The notes under the pieces are model-generated. The model did no database searches. It was given only the letters and a program-made list of their open reading frames with translations, and was not told where the DNA came from. From positions 32,302,001 to 32,366,000 of the forward strand of contig OX597834.1 in assembly GCA_951406725.2 (NCBI GenBank): 64,000 nt of DNA. The letters are read 5' to 3'. Below are positions 40,397-52,816 of the stretch, in pieces. Both the position numbers and the translations under genes were made by a program. Numbering within the stretch: the stretch's first letter is position 1; the number at the start of each line of letters is the position of its first letter. This stretch comes from Octopus vulgaris (lineage: Eukaryota).

Positions 40397-40856
40397 TATA
40401 TGCATATATACATACATATGTGTACATACATACATACATATGTATATATACACGCATATATGGGTACAGGACATAAAAAAAAAACACATGAACAAATGAG
40501 AAACGAGAACATAAAAAACAAAAACATAGAAAACGTACTTTTTTTGAACAGCAAAAGAAACAAATAGAGAAATGAGACAGGCAACATACAGAACATTCCC
40601 TTCATCAGTTGTTCCCTGTTTAATCTACTCTACATTTTGAAGGCAGGGACAAGACACGACTTTGTTGAAACAGTCCTTCCCACAAAGCAAATTAAATAAA
40701 ATTTGGGATTTTTTTGTGGAGAGTTAAAGTGGTAACAAAAACAGGACAGTAAGAACAAAACAGTAAAAACAAATGGTGAGGGCTGTTAAGCCATGATGAG
40801 GTGAAGTGGTGAATGCTGAAAAAACGAGCTTTGAGAAGAGACAGGTATCCAAGTAC

Positions 40857-40891
<35 letters not shown>

Positions 40892-40988
40892 TGTATGTAT
40901 ATCTATATACATAGCTATCATTTTGTCTGTCCTTTTATCTTCCTACCTACTTATCTATCTACCTTTATCTGTATCTATATCTTTACAG

Positions 40989-41620
40989 TCAGACAAGGGC
41001 CAGCAGCAGCCAATCGTTTCTTGAAAATGATCCTGCCAGAAGCCATAATGTCAAACCTCAACCCCAACCAGAAAATTTCTTTGGTCTCAGTACGAAACAG
41101 CTTTCTGTTGGGACTCTTCTAAGCAAACAGCCTGACAATACACCCTCACATAGAAGAACATCTTCATCCCCTCCAATTTCAGCAAAGTCTAAAATCTCAA
41201 ACAAACCGTCAACAAAACCCATGAAAGCCCTTCCTAATTCTTCGTTGCCTTTGAAAATTTTCGATGGTCCTTTGCCAGATGGTTCTTTGCCAATCAAAGT
41301 GCCACACAAAGCTTTGCCAGACAGTTCTTTGCCAATCAAAGTGCCACACAAAGCTTTGCCAGACAGTTCTTTGCCAATCAAAGTACCACACAAAGCGGCT
41401 TTGCTCGATGGTTCTTTGCCAACCAAGGTACCACACAAAGGTTTAACCGCTTACAGTTTGCCAAATTTGATGGGTGAGCCGACAATCTCCAGGAATCCGG
41501 ACCAGTCAATCACTGAGAAGCAGTCCAAAAGAACAACCCGACCCCTGCACAGTTCATCAGGCCAAGGGTCATCAACCGATGCCACGAATTTGGCAAAATC
41601 CTCCAAGACACAAGTGTTAA
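40989..41620 (+). CDS. NSMF: NSMF-like large low-complexity exon (S/P/K-rich, with 14-aa tandem repeats), phase 2 to 1
   Basis: Acceptor ctttacag at 40988; 632 nt open, containing most of ORF 41221..41745; donor A|GTAAGT at 41621. Confidence 0.85.
41227..41439 (+). repeat. Coding 42-bp tandem repeat (ALPDSSLPIKVPHK), 4 core copies plus a degenerate copy
   Basis: GCTTTGCCAGACAGTTCTTTGCCAATCAAAGTGCCACACAAA repeated in frame. Confidence 0.92.
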
Positions 41621-42183
41621 GTAAGTATATATCATCATCAACATCATCTTTTAATATCCATTTTTCCATGCTGGCATGGGTCGGACAGTTTGACATGGAG
41701 CTGACCAGCCAGGGAGCTGGCCCCAGCTTCAAGTATTTGTTGTGACATGGTTTCTACGGTTGGATGACCTTCCTATATTTATTTATTTATGTTCATATTT
41801 TTTCAGTTTGTAATTAATACTTGGTGGATTCCAGAAGGTTTTGAGACGTTTTCAGGAGAGACATTTATTAATTTCTGCTCCAGCATGACCATAGTTCAAT
41901 GATTGAAACTAGTAAAAGGATAAAAGGAAAAAGGAAATACAAAACTCTAATCTCTTTCAAAGTAGGATGATTCTCTGACTTCAAAGCACCTGTTGTGGCC
42001 CTTCAGCCACTTTGTGAAGGCCCCATGCAAACCCTCCAGAGTGAAGGGGTCCAGGATCCTTGTGACAGTTGATATTATTTTAATCTTTTTAAAATTACTT
42101 TTATTTTTGGATGGAATCTGTTTTCTTTTCCTTTTATGCAAACTGTGAAATTTAGACTGAGCATCTTTTGTGTGTGTGTGTAT

Positions 42184-42220
<37 letters not shown>

Positions 42221-42522
42221 TGTGTGTGTGTATGTGTGTGTGTAACTTATTTATTAATATTTATCAGAAGCAACAGTGTGACTCAATATCCAAGAGTTAC
42301 ATACATTGGTACCCACAAAACTAGTTAGCGGTTATATATATATATCCACCCATCCATCCATATATATATATATATATAATTAAAATAAGCAACAGGATAT
42401 CAAGAAGTGATCCAGTACAACCGTTTCATCAGTTTAAATGCAGGGCTATCATCAGCTGCACAAATGAATAGAATTTTAATCAGTCGGACACGTTAATACA
42501 CACACATACACACACATACACA

Positions 42523-42563
<41 letters not shown>

Positions 42564-42661
42564 GTCTTCCTTTAATTAAGACAGTGGTTGTTATAATTAT
42601 TGCTATTTGTTATTGTTGTTGTTGTTACTGATGCCCCCTTCTTTCACCCATTGTTTTTCAG

Positions 42662-42783
42662 GACAATCTCTACTAGAACAGCTCTCTCAATATCAGGATG
42701 AAATAGATTATACTCGTTGGATATCAGAACAGCATTTAGAGAGAATCCACCGGAGTTTGGATCACAAACCCTCAAGGCTCGTG
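42662..42783 (+). CDS. NSMF: NSMF-like exon (RQSLLEQLSQYQDEIDYTRWISEQHLERIHRSLDHKPSRLV), phase 1 to 0
   Basis: Acceptor ttgtttttcag; donor GTG|GTAAGA; phase matches both neighbours. Confidence 0.88.
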
Positions 42784-43444
42784 GTAAGAGTTCCCTGTAC
42801 TTATATTGTGAAGGTGTATGACCCAGTGGCTCAGATGTTGTCCTTATGATTGCAAGATCTTTCTTTTGATTCCTAAACCAAGTGATACATTGTGTTTTTG
42901 AACAAATCATTTCATTTCACATTTTTACCCCTTCACACCTAAATTTACCATAGTCAGTCCCCAATTTATTCAATTTACTCCCCATTTTGCTCCATCCCTC
43001 CCCAACAATTTCACCTCCTTTCCAATTTTCCACAGCCTCTTGTAGCTTACCTCAAATACTTCACAATCTACCCCAGTCATCTTCAGAAGGATCTATATTT
43101 TTACCACAAAGTTCCTTTTTTTATTGCACTCTTCCACCAGATTCATCTTTACCCTACATCCCCTATTCTCTGTCATACAGTCCTCTATCTCCCCTATACA
43201 CTGTCATACAGCTTTCTGCCTTTTCTATGCTCTGTCATGTCATACAGAGCTCTCTTTCCCCTATATTCTACTATGCAATAACTGTCTCTCCCCTATACTT
43301 GGCCTTTCACATTTCTATCTCCCTTCTATGCTATCATAGATTAGTCCCACTCATCTACATTCTACTATACAGTTCTCCATCACCCGTATACTTTGTCATA
43401 CAATACTCTAACCTATACCTTACCTTCCTTATTTTGTGTCTCGT

Positions 43445-43724
43445 TGTTATATCCTTATGCCTCCAGTATCACGGTATGGTTGATATTGTCAACGTTAGAT
43501 AAAGAATACACTGTAACAGTTTTATAACAATTCAAAATAGAAACAACAGCAGTAACAAACACACAACGAACCAACAATCAATGTTTCCAACAGACCAACT
43601 CGGAGTGTAAACTGTAGCTGGACTTCAAAAACCAAACTAGGAACTACCAACTATGTCAGACCGCTACTATTTATATGTAGTGGTCCCGTCAATTCTTGTC
43701 AGAGGGTGTCGTACTCTTGCCACA
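43445..43724 (-). mobile_element. Possible solo LTR (~280 bp)
   Basis: TG...CA termini, TATAAATA on the minus strand at 43668-43675, interrupts the CT-rich minisatellite; TSD not clean. Confidence 0.4.
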
Positions 43725-43909
43725 ACGCTCACATATACTCAATCTCCTATACACTGTCTCTACTATACTCTTATTTACCTATACATTGATTGACCTATAC
43801 TCCATGTCTCCTATACCCTGCCTCCCTTATGCACTGACACATCTATACCCTGACTAACTTGTAGTGTGACTCACCTGTACTTTGTTATAATGTCCTCTGA
43901 CCAATCTAT

Positions 43910-44140
43910 TGTCTGTCTCCCCTATATCTTGACTCACCTATATTCTATCTCTCCTATATCTTGACTCACCTATACTCTGTCTCTCCTATATCTTGACTCA
44001 CCTATACTCTATCTCTCCTATATTTTGACTCATCTACAATCTGTCTCTCCTCTATCCTGACACACATATATTCTATCTCTCCTATATCTTGACTCACCTA
44101 TACTCTGTCTCTCCTATATCTTGACTCACCTATACTCCAT
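43910..44140. repeat. 32-bp minisatellite (TCTTGACTCACCTATACTCTGTCTCTCCTATA), ~7 copies
   Basis: Unit starts at 43927, 43959, 43991, 44023, 44055, 44087 and 44119. Confidence 0.92.
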
Positions 44141-44165
44141 CATACAGTTCTGTTTCAAATTTCAG

Positions 44166-44240
44166 ATTATATCCTCAAAGATATCCCAGAAACAGTTCCT
44201 CATCGATGCCTTGCTACCAAATACATTTGATTTGATTTAT
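44166..44240 (+). CDS. NSMF: NSMF-like exon (IISSKISQKQFLIDALLPNTFDLIY), phase 0 to 0
   Basis: Acceptor aatttcag; donor TAT|GTGAGT; IISSK corresponds to LISSK of NSMF. Confidence 0.88.
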
Positions 44241-44284
44241 GTGAGTAACAAAACGCTTGCATTTCTGCACCTCCTTCTTCATAC

Positions 44285-44562
44285 AGCTGCTATCCTTCTC
44301 CCATGTGATTCTCTCAACATCCCTACCTTCCTACATGTGACTGCTAACACTACTGCCTTTCTACATGTGGCCCTCTCGACATGTTACCTTCCTACATGTG
44401 ACTCTCTCAGCACATTTGTTGTTTGACATGTGACTATCTCTCTCAACACTACTAACTTCCAACATGTGATTCTCTCAACACTACTACCTCCCTACATGTG
44501 GCTCTATCAACACTGCTACCTCCCTACATGTGTCTGTTAACACTTCTACCTTCCTACATATG
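44285..44562. repeat. ~31-bp minisatellite (core CTACCTTCCTACATGTG)
   Basis: Core recurs near 44322, 44353, 44384 and onwards. Confidence 0.85.
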
Positions 44563-44736
44563 TACAGATGTTAATGCCAACATGTAGTTGAAATCTGGTC
44601 ACGAAAAGGTGAAGATATTAATGCTGAAACCTAATAAATATCTATGAAAGACCATTAAAAGTAGGAAATTAACCGACAACTCCTAAAAATATCAATGAAA
44701 TACTAATAAAGAAAAAAAAATTATGAGAAAAGCCTG

Positions 44737-44782
<46 letters not shown>

Positions 44783-44811
44783 ACATACACACACACACGC
44801 ATATATATGTA

Positions 44812-45346
44812 TCATCATCATCATCATTTAACGTCCATTTTCCATGTTGACATGGGTTGGACAGTTTGGCTGAAAACATGGCAAGCTGGGGAGCTGCGCC
44901 AAATTCCAGTCTGATTTGGCAGTGTCTACGACTGAATGCCCATCCTCATGCTAACCACTCCGATAGTGTAGTCGGTGCTTTTTACATGCCACCAGCACGA
45001 GTACCAGTTACGCAACATTGCCATTGACCACAACAACCATCTCACTTGGCTTGACATTCTTCTCAACCATTGTATATCACCAAAGCACAGCATATCGCCC
45101 AACATTCGAAGGGTGCCTTTTTACGTGCCAGTTATGCGACACTGGCATCGACAAATGACTGTGATTTCACTTGGCTTGTCGGGTTTTCTCAGGCACGGCA
45201 CATCACCAAAGGTCTTGGTCCCTTGTCATTACCTCCGTGAGGCCCAACATTTGAAAATCATGCTTCACCACCACGTCCAATATCTTTCTGGTTCTACCTC
45301 TTCCACGGCTCCCCTCCCCTCCACCGTTAGAGTTCGGCACGTCCCG
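44812..45346 (-). mobile_element. 5'-truncated RTE LINE (ORF end, 3' UTR and (GAT)n tail)
   Basis: RGRGRTRKILDVVVKHDFQMLGLTEVMTRDQDLW matches the RTE C-terminus. Confidence 0.82.
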
Positions 45347-45431
45347 TATGTATGTATGTATGTATGTATGTATGTATGTATGTATGTATGTATGTATGTA
45401 TGTATGTATGTATGTGTGTGTGTGTTTATGT

Positions 45432-45509
<78 letters not shown>

Positions 45510-46147
45510 GTGTGTATGTGTGTATGTGTGTGTATGTGTGTGTATGTATGTATGTATGTATGTATGTGTGTGTGTATGTGTGTGTGTGTATGTGTGTGTA
45601 TGTATGTGTGTGTGTGTGTGTGTGTATGTGTGTGTGTATGTGTGTGTGTGTTTATGTGTGTGTGTGTATGTGTGTATGTGTGTGTATGTGTGTATGTGTG
45701 TGTGTGTGTGTATGTGTGTGTGTATGCAAGCACGCGCGTGCACGCACGCACACACACAGAGGATGTTCCAGCTAAATTTGGCAGTTTGCATAAAAGGAAA
45801 AAAAAGAAACGATTTCTAAATGGTTCTGCCTAACGTAAGTTGTAAAACAGTTACTGAAACAGGGGAGATAAATAGAACAGAGATAAATTAGCTAAAGAGA
45901 GTTATCTACCTTTACAATTCATTTTTTTTTTCCACTATACTTTCGGGATTAATTGACCAAAAAATAAAACTTATAAAGAAAGAAAATTTAAACTCATCCC
46001 TATAAATTATAAACATTTATATAATTGTCACTAACATACAAATTGCTACAACAGAAAACGTGTATGCGCGTGCTTGAGTGTGTATTTGTGAGTGCATGTT
46101 ATCTATATATATATATATATGTGTATGATTTCCTTTTTGTTTTATTA

Positions 46148-46614
46148 TTCTTTTACTGGTTTCAGTCATTTGACTGCGGCCATGTTGGAGCACCACCTTT
46201 AGTCCAACGAATCGACCCCAGGACTTATTCGTTGTAAACCTAGTACTTATTCTATCGATTCCTTTTGCCGAACCGCTATGTTACGGGGATGTAAACACAC
46301 TAACATCGCTTGTCAAGCGATGGTGGGGGGATAAACACAGACACACAAACATATATATATATGTATATACAACAGGCTTCTTTATTTACTACCCACAAGG
46401 GGCTAAACTCAGAGGGGACAAACAAGGACAGACAAACGGATTAAGCCGATTACATCGACCCCAGTACGTAACTGGTCCTTAATTTATCGACCCCGAAAGG
46501 ATGAAAGGCAAAGTCGACCTCGGCGGAATTTGAACTCAGAACGTAACGGCAGACGAAATACGGATACGCATTTCGCCCGGCGGGCGTGCTAACGTTTCTA
46601 CCAGCTCGCCGCCT
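46148..46614 (-). mobile_element. SINE family A 3' part adjoining a SINE family B copy
   Basis: Consensus matches; junction near 46380. Confidence 0.85.
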
Positions 46615-46636
46615 TATATACTTATATACCATCAAC

Positions 46637-46807
46637 ATGGGGCCAGTGAACAGAAAATTTACAAAGGCGCTTGATCCCAACAAATGACACAGACAAATGT
46701 ATTTTCAATCAGAAAAGATGGAAACGATCATGAGAATACATGATTAGGGAAACTTTGCTGCTGTGGGCCGCAAGTTTGGTGTCAATGAATCTATCATACG
46801 CTCCATA
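46637..46807 (+). mobile_element. Tigger/pogo transposase N-terminal (CENP-B-type HTH) fossil
   Basis: MGP...EKME.I....GNFAAVGRKFGVNESIIRSI with in-frame stops. Confidence 0.7.
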
Positions 46808-46987
46808 TGCTTAATGTGGTGAGATGCTTCATGTGTCACAACATTTTCTGGATCGAATCCAACCCCCATGATAAACCAGGCGAGATGTATCACATGCATT
46901 GCACAGCAAGACCCTTAAACCCCTGTCTTGTTGTATTTGGATGTTTTTGTTGTTTAAACTTTGTTTCTTTTTTTCTTTTCTTTTCAG

Positions 46988-47021
46988 GATTATGATAACT
47001 TTTCAACGACAGATCTAATTG
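46988..47021 (+). CDS. NSMF: NSMF-like 34-nt exon (DYDNFSTTDLI), phase 0 to 1
   Basis: Strong pyrimidine tract then ttttcag; donor G|GTGAGT. Confidence 0.88.
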
Positions 47022-47299
47022 GTGAGTTACATGTCTCTTCTGTTGCTGTTTGGTTTTGGGATAATAAAGATTAGCAAGTTTCTAATTTGAGGGTCTGTGG
47101 ACCCTAAGAAATCTGTGAACCGTGTTCAAAAGTTTAGCTGTATGGTTAAGATGCTTGCTTTGCAGCTATGTTGTCTCAGGTTCAATCCCATAACTTGGCA
47201 CCCTGGGCAAGTGCCTTCTACTATATCCCTGGGCTGGCCAAAGCCTTGTGAATGGATTTGGTAGATAGAAACTGAAAGAAGCCCATCAAACATATATGT

Positions 47300-47356
<57 letters not shown>

Positions 47357-48168
47357 GTGTCCTTCTCGTGACATCATGATTGTAAATGAGTAATCATCAT
47401 ATAAGCAATATTGCTTGTTTACAAAACATGTCTGGCCATGAGAAAATATCAACTTGCTTGGAAACAGATGAGGGTTAGTTACAGGAAAGGCATCCAGCTG
47501 TAGAAAAAATCTGCCTCGACAAATTCAGAATTTGTCTTATACAAGACATGGCAAAAAAACAAAAAGCCCCCCCACCCAGATTTTCCATTTTTAATAAACA
47601 TCTCAACAATAACCAAAATGCCATTATGCAAATAATGATGGTAACTAAACAAATGGTAAAACAATAGCTACATGAAGACTCTATCACCACAAATCTAACT
47701 TTACTAGTACTTTGACAATGGACCTATAAAATATGGGAGGTTTTTCTGCTGCACATTGTTATCACTGTTATTCTCCTTATGTTTTGTTGAAATCTAGAGC
47801 TTGTTTTGTAGACGGCGTGGCAAAAACCCCTCCCGGGTTCATCATACTGGATAAATGCTTCAACAGTAAAAAGAAACCTACCGGGTTCATCATACTGGAT
47901 GAACGCTTCAACAGTAAATGCAATGTGTGCACTGATCCGAATCATGATGGTATTCTACAGCTGAGTGGACTGGAGCAACGTGAAATGAAGTTTCTTGCTC
48001 AAGATCACAATGCACTGCCCAACCAGGGAATTGAAACTATGAGCTTAAGATCATGAATGCAACCTTCTAACCACTAAACAACATCTTAGTCGATTTTTTT
48101 TTTACTTGATGCTGTGGTCAGTGAAGTATTTATCCGGCCATTGAGATTCTGATTTTCCTTTCTTTCAG

Positions 48169-48227
48169 ATGCGATTCAGAGAAAGTTGGATGGCAAAAAA
48201 GTAGAATGTCTTCTGATGATGTGCAAG
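48169..48227 (+). CDS. NSMF: NSMF-like exon (DAIQRKLDGKKVECLLMMCK), phase 1 to 0
   Basis: Acceptor ttttcctttctttcag; donor AAG|GTAATT. Confidence 0.9.
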
Positions 48228-49573
48228 GTAATTCAATTGGAATGCATTCTTTTGTAGAGTTCTTCCACTAAAAAAAAAATAGTATCTTCTACGATAGCCC
48301 TGGGGCTGACCTGTGCCTTATGAGTGAATTTGGCTGACAGAAACTGTGTGGGAGCCCATCTTACATGCACTATTTCAGCGAGCCTTGTGTCTTCCGTTAC
48401 CCTATGTAAAAGCAGAAATCCCTTCTAAGGTAATATATTGAGATGTTGAACGAGAGAGAATCGCAAGTATATAGGGAAAGCAAAAGTTCTCCAAACCGCC
48501 TCACTATTAATGTAAATCGGGTGGTATAAAACGAAAATATAACCTCACAAAATCATGGGACCAACGGTGGTCAAAAAGACCAAAAATCTAATATTTTCAA
48601 GTCTTTGATGTATAGACCAACCCTTAAATGAACTTTTCCGTAATATAGTTAACATAACGACATAATGAGCAAAACGATAAATAGTGCAAAGTCACGTGTT
48701 AAACTTAACATAGAAATAGTCTAGGAATTTTTGGTTGTGAAATATGCCAAAAAAAATCTCAAAGAAACTTTTATTTCAAGTGCAAAGAGTGAAAATATAT
48801 CCAAGTGTAAACCACAATTTTACAACAATTTTCAGTTTACTTACTGAAACAACGCCTTACGTTTGTAAACAGGAATGCAATAAAAACGAAATACAATAAG
48901 TGTGATAATGCTTTCGTTTTTCCTAACCGTTACCCACGTTTGGACTACCCTGCATTATTTTCTACAAACAATTTAGGTGACTAATGCACATTCCTGCTTT
49001 TTTTCGCTCAGGAATGCAATAAAAACGAAATACAAACAATTTAGGTGAATAATGCACATTTTTTAGCGCCAATCAAAGTTATTATCAACTTAAAAGAAGA
49101 TTCATTTATTATTATACTTCCTATAAAAAACGACTATACAAGAATACAATTTTCTTGACTATATAAGATAACAAAATGACCGCCCTAACGTGACCAACCA
49201 ATGTAAAAACAAAACTTTCCAAAATTTGCTCAAGAAAACGTTTGTGCCCAGCAATAAAGCGTCTTTTCATGCCTAATTACTGCAGCATTTTCGTGCAATC
49301 TTTGCATGCACTTAACAGCTGATTGAGTAAAGCACACATGTGAGTACAACTCATCTCACTTCTCGCACTGCTCAACAGGCCCCGCTAGGTAGCGGACGAA
49401 GCTCTCTATAAAATTGGATTAAAGGTTCAGAAGATAATTGCGGTCGTATGGAATTGTTCACACAAATACACAGAAAACTTCAGCATTGCCGAAATCAGAT
49501 CGCCATGTTGATTCGCTAGCTTCTGCACGCATATTTTTTTTCTCTCCTTCTTTCTGTGTTTTTTCTCTGTGTA

Positions 49574-49611
49574 TCTTTCTGTTGAAGAGCGTAGGCTCGA
49601 AACGTTAAAGA
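49574..49611 (+). ncRNA. Degenerate minimal hammerhead-like motif in a Penelope-like fragment (~49540-49740)
   Basis: TCTTT-CTGtTGA-A-GAGC-GTAG-GCTC-GAAA-CG-TT-AAAGA. Confidence 0.5.
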
Positions 49612-49739
49612 CTTGTTTTATTTATATTTCCTGAGCGCCATACTAATACAATTGTTTGTTTGTATTCCACCTGCCTTCGTCTTTTGTTTATTTCCGTAAA
49701 CCTGCCTTCGTCTTTTGTCTATTTTCATAAAGCTTCCCG

Positions 49740-49775
<36 letters not shown>

Positions 49776-50046
49776 GTAAAATAATATGTGACAATTATTC
49801 GGTGGCCAAGATAAAACTCTGATATATATATCAGGTCATTACGAATGAAATGTCCAATTCCCTTATGTCCCAAGTTTAATAATCGTTAACTCCAATGTTT
49901 TTATCCTGACAATTCTCTGTTTTACAACATTGAAGAGCCCTGGGATTGATGTAATCAACTAAGCCCCTTATCCACCATATTTCAGGCCATGTGCCAACAG
50001 CAGAAAGGATTATTATTCTAGTCTTTATTTTGTTTCTCCCTGTCAG

Positions 50047-50132
50047 GGCGGTCCCGGATATATATATTTGCTGAAGAACCATGTTGTGACCCCACAGAAG
50101 TTGAAAACCAGCGACTGTCAAGCACTGATCTG
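50047..50132 (+). CDS. NSMF: NSMF-like exon (GGPGYIYLLKNHVVTPQKLKTSDCQALIW), phase 0 to 2
   Basis: Acceptor tttctccctgtcag; donor TG|GTGAGT; carries the GGPGxxYLLKN signature of NSMF. Confidence 0.92.
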
Positions 50133-50324
50133 GTGAGTGGTGCAGGGTTGGATGTTCCTCCCTCAGTTTGGTTCCATTCTGGTATTTTTGGTTTCCATCA
50201 GAAAAGGAGCAGTGATGTTGTGATGTTCAACATGTGTGTTTGTCAGAGTGGTTTGGGTGATGTGGTGTGGAAGTGAAAGGACTATGTCTAGGGTGCAAAT
50301 CACACTGGATGCACAACTCTGATA

Positions 50325-50945
50325 AAGATGGTGGTGGAGGTGGTGGAGGAGAGGAGGGGAAGAAGGAGAAGAGAAAAGGAAGGGAAGAGGGTGGTGGTAG
50401 TAGTGGTGGCAGTGGTGCAGATGATGGTGGTGGTGGTGGTGGGTGGTAGTGAGGATGATGGTAATCGGGACGATGGTGTAACTGGTGATGATTGGAATAT
50501 AAGTGATGATGATGATGATAATCGTAGTGGTGGTGATGAAGTTGATGACGATGATAATAACAGTGGTGGTGGTCATAATGGTCGTTGTGATGGTTGTTGG
50601 GGGTCGTTGTGGTGATGGTGGTGGCGATGGTGGTAACAGTGATGAAGATGCTGATGATTATGATGATAATGCCAGCAGTGGTGGAGGTGGTGGGGTGGTG
50701 GTGGGTGGTGGTGGTTGGTGGTGGTGGTGATGGTGGTGGTGGTGATCATTGTGGTGATAGTGGTGGTGGTGGTGGTGGCGGCGGCGGCGGCGGCGCTGGT
50801 GGTGGTGGTGGTGGTGGTGATGGTGGTGATGGTGGTGGTGGTGATGGTGGTGGTGGTGGTGACGCTGACCATGATGATGATGGCAGCAGTGGTGATGGTG
50901 ATGGTGGTGGTGCAGAGAATGATATTGATGATGATGATGATGACA
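50325..50945. repeat. (GGT)n/(GAT)n trinucleotide low-complexity tract (intronic)
   Basis: Direct reading. Confidence 0.92.
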
Positions 50946-50973
50946 AAATCATTTTCTGCTTCAATTTCTTCAG

Positions 50974-51076
50974 GTTTTGGAAGTCTCTTGAGCAAGTAAT
51001 CAGTAAACTCGAAGAAGAATCTGCTGCCATCCACATTTTGGTGCCAAAACTCACAGACATTCAACAAGGATGCACA
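50974..51076 (+). CDS. NSMF: NSMF-like exon (FWKSLEQVISKLEEESAAIHILVPKLTDIQQGCT), phase 2 to 0
   Basis: Acceptor atttcttcag; donor ACA|GTAAGC; FWKxL..SK...IHI motif. Confidence 0.92.
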
Positions 51077-51522
51077 GTAAGCAATGGAGTCTTTGCTTTC
51101 TTTTTTTTATTATTTTACATTTCATTGGACTTTTTTTTTATCTTTTATCTTTTACTTGTTTTCAAGTTATTGGGTTGTGGCCATGCTGGGGCAACACATT
51201 AAATGGTTGAGTTGAACACATCGACATCAGTATTTTTTTTAAAGTCTGGTACATGTTTTATCACTCTCTTTTTGCCTCACTGCTAAGTAGGAATGTAGAT
51301 GCACCAACGCCAGTTGTCAATTGATAGTTGTGGTGGTGGGGTGGTGCAAGGGAACAAAAACAAGCAAAAACACACACACGCACACACACATATTTATAAT
51401 ATCTAAACTATGTAGAAGTCATGACCGTTTCAGGCAGTTACACTTGAAACAGTTTGATCTGGTTGCCCCACAATCTATCTTTCTGTCAGTTTGAATGGTG
51501 AAGTTCCAGAGGAGTGAGATGT

Positions 51523-51680
<158 letters not shown>

Positions 51681-51690
51681 TCATCTCCAG

Positions 51691-51766
51691 CTAGAACACA
51701 ATCTACAGCAGGTGTTAGAACCTTTTAGAATCCACGTTGAAGCAATCAGTTTTTCAAATAGCCAAG
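51691..51766 (+). CDS. NSMF: NSMF-like exon (LEHNLQQVLEPFRIHVEAISFSNSQ), phase 0 to 1
   Basis: Acceptor catctccag; donor CAAG|GTAAGT; corresponds to recalled NSMF LFQNLRTLMTPYRVTFE...SAQG. Confidence 0.9.
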
Positions 51767-52129
51767 GTAAGTAAACAAATACTGGACATTCTTGTAAGAA
51801 AATAATTATTTTTTTACCTATAATGACAAATTCAAACAAGACAACCTCACTGACAAATCCAGAGAGACAGGAGGAAAAGAGAGGAAGGTAACTAAGGATA
51901 CAGTGATGGCACAACTTTTGTTTTGTATTTATATTCTTCCTTCTCCTCCCTCCACCCCTCTTATTGTTTTCATCCTCTTTCTCTTGCATGTTTACTCTAA
52001 CTCCTTCTTTTGCTTAGCCTCTCACTTCTTAGAATCCTCTCTCTTTTTCTCTCTCTCTCCCTCTCTCTCTCTCTCTATTAATCTCATTAATCTTCTCCCT
52101 CTCCATCTTCCAAATGCACAAAGTTTGTG

Positions 52130-52341
52130 ATATTCTTTTACTTGTTTCAGTCGTTTGACTGCGGCCATGCTGGAGCAACACCTTTAGTCGAACAAATTGA
52201 CCTCAGGACTTATTCTTTGTAAGCCTAGTACTTATTTTATCGGTCTCTTTTTGCCGAACCGCTGAGTTACGAGAACATAAATACATTGATATCAGTTGTC
52301 AAATAATGGTGGTAGGAACAAACAGACACACGAATATATAC

Positions 52342-52404
<63 letters not shown>

Positions 52405-52520
52405 CGATGGGCTTCTTTCAGTTTCCGTGTACCAAATCAACTCACAAAGCTTTGGACGGTCTGAGGCTATAGACGAAGACACTTGCCCAAGGTGCCATGC
52501 AGTGGGGCTGAACCACTGCA
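52130..52520 (-). mobile_element. SINE family A
   Basis: Consensus match. Confidence 0.85.
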
Positions 52521-52816
52521 TAGCACCTTGGGCTAGTGCCTTATATGTCCAGCTTTTGTGCATCCATATATAATTAGCAGATACATCATTGATTTTATCA
52601 CTCCTTCTCTGATTCTCACTATCCATCTCTGCCCCTCTCTCTCTCTCTCTTTCTCCTTCTCTCTCTCCCTAACTCTCCTTATTTTCCTCCCTCTCTTTTT
52701 CTCTCTGACTCTCTCATCTAACTTCACAAAAAAGTAGGTAGGTAGGTAGGAACATACTATTGTATTCCTATATAACTAATACTCAGATGTTGTTTTTTTT
52801 TCTTTTCTGTTTTAAG

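Noticed and set aside
41058-41438. Minus-strand repeat ORFs (ALCGTLIGKE.. / QSFVWHFDWQRT..)
   Set aside because: Antisense shadows of the plus-strand coding repeat, which has the splice support.
43910-44562. ~32-bp periodic repeats as a CRISPR-like array
   Set aside because: Head-to-tail units with no unique spacers, in a eukaryotic intron; minisatellites.
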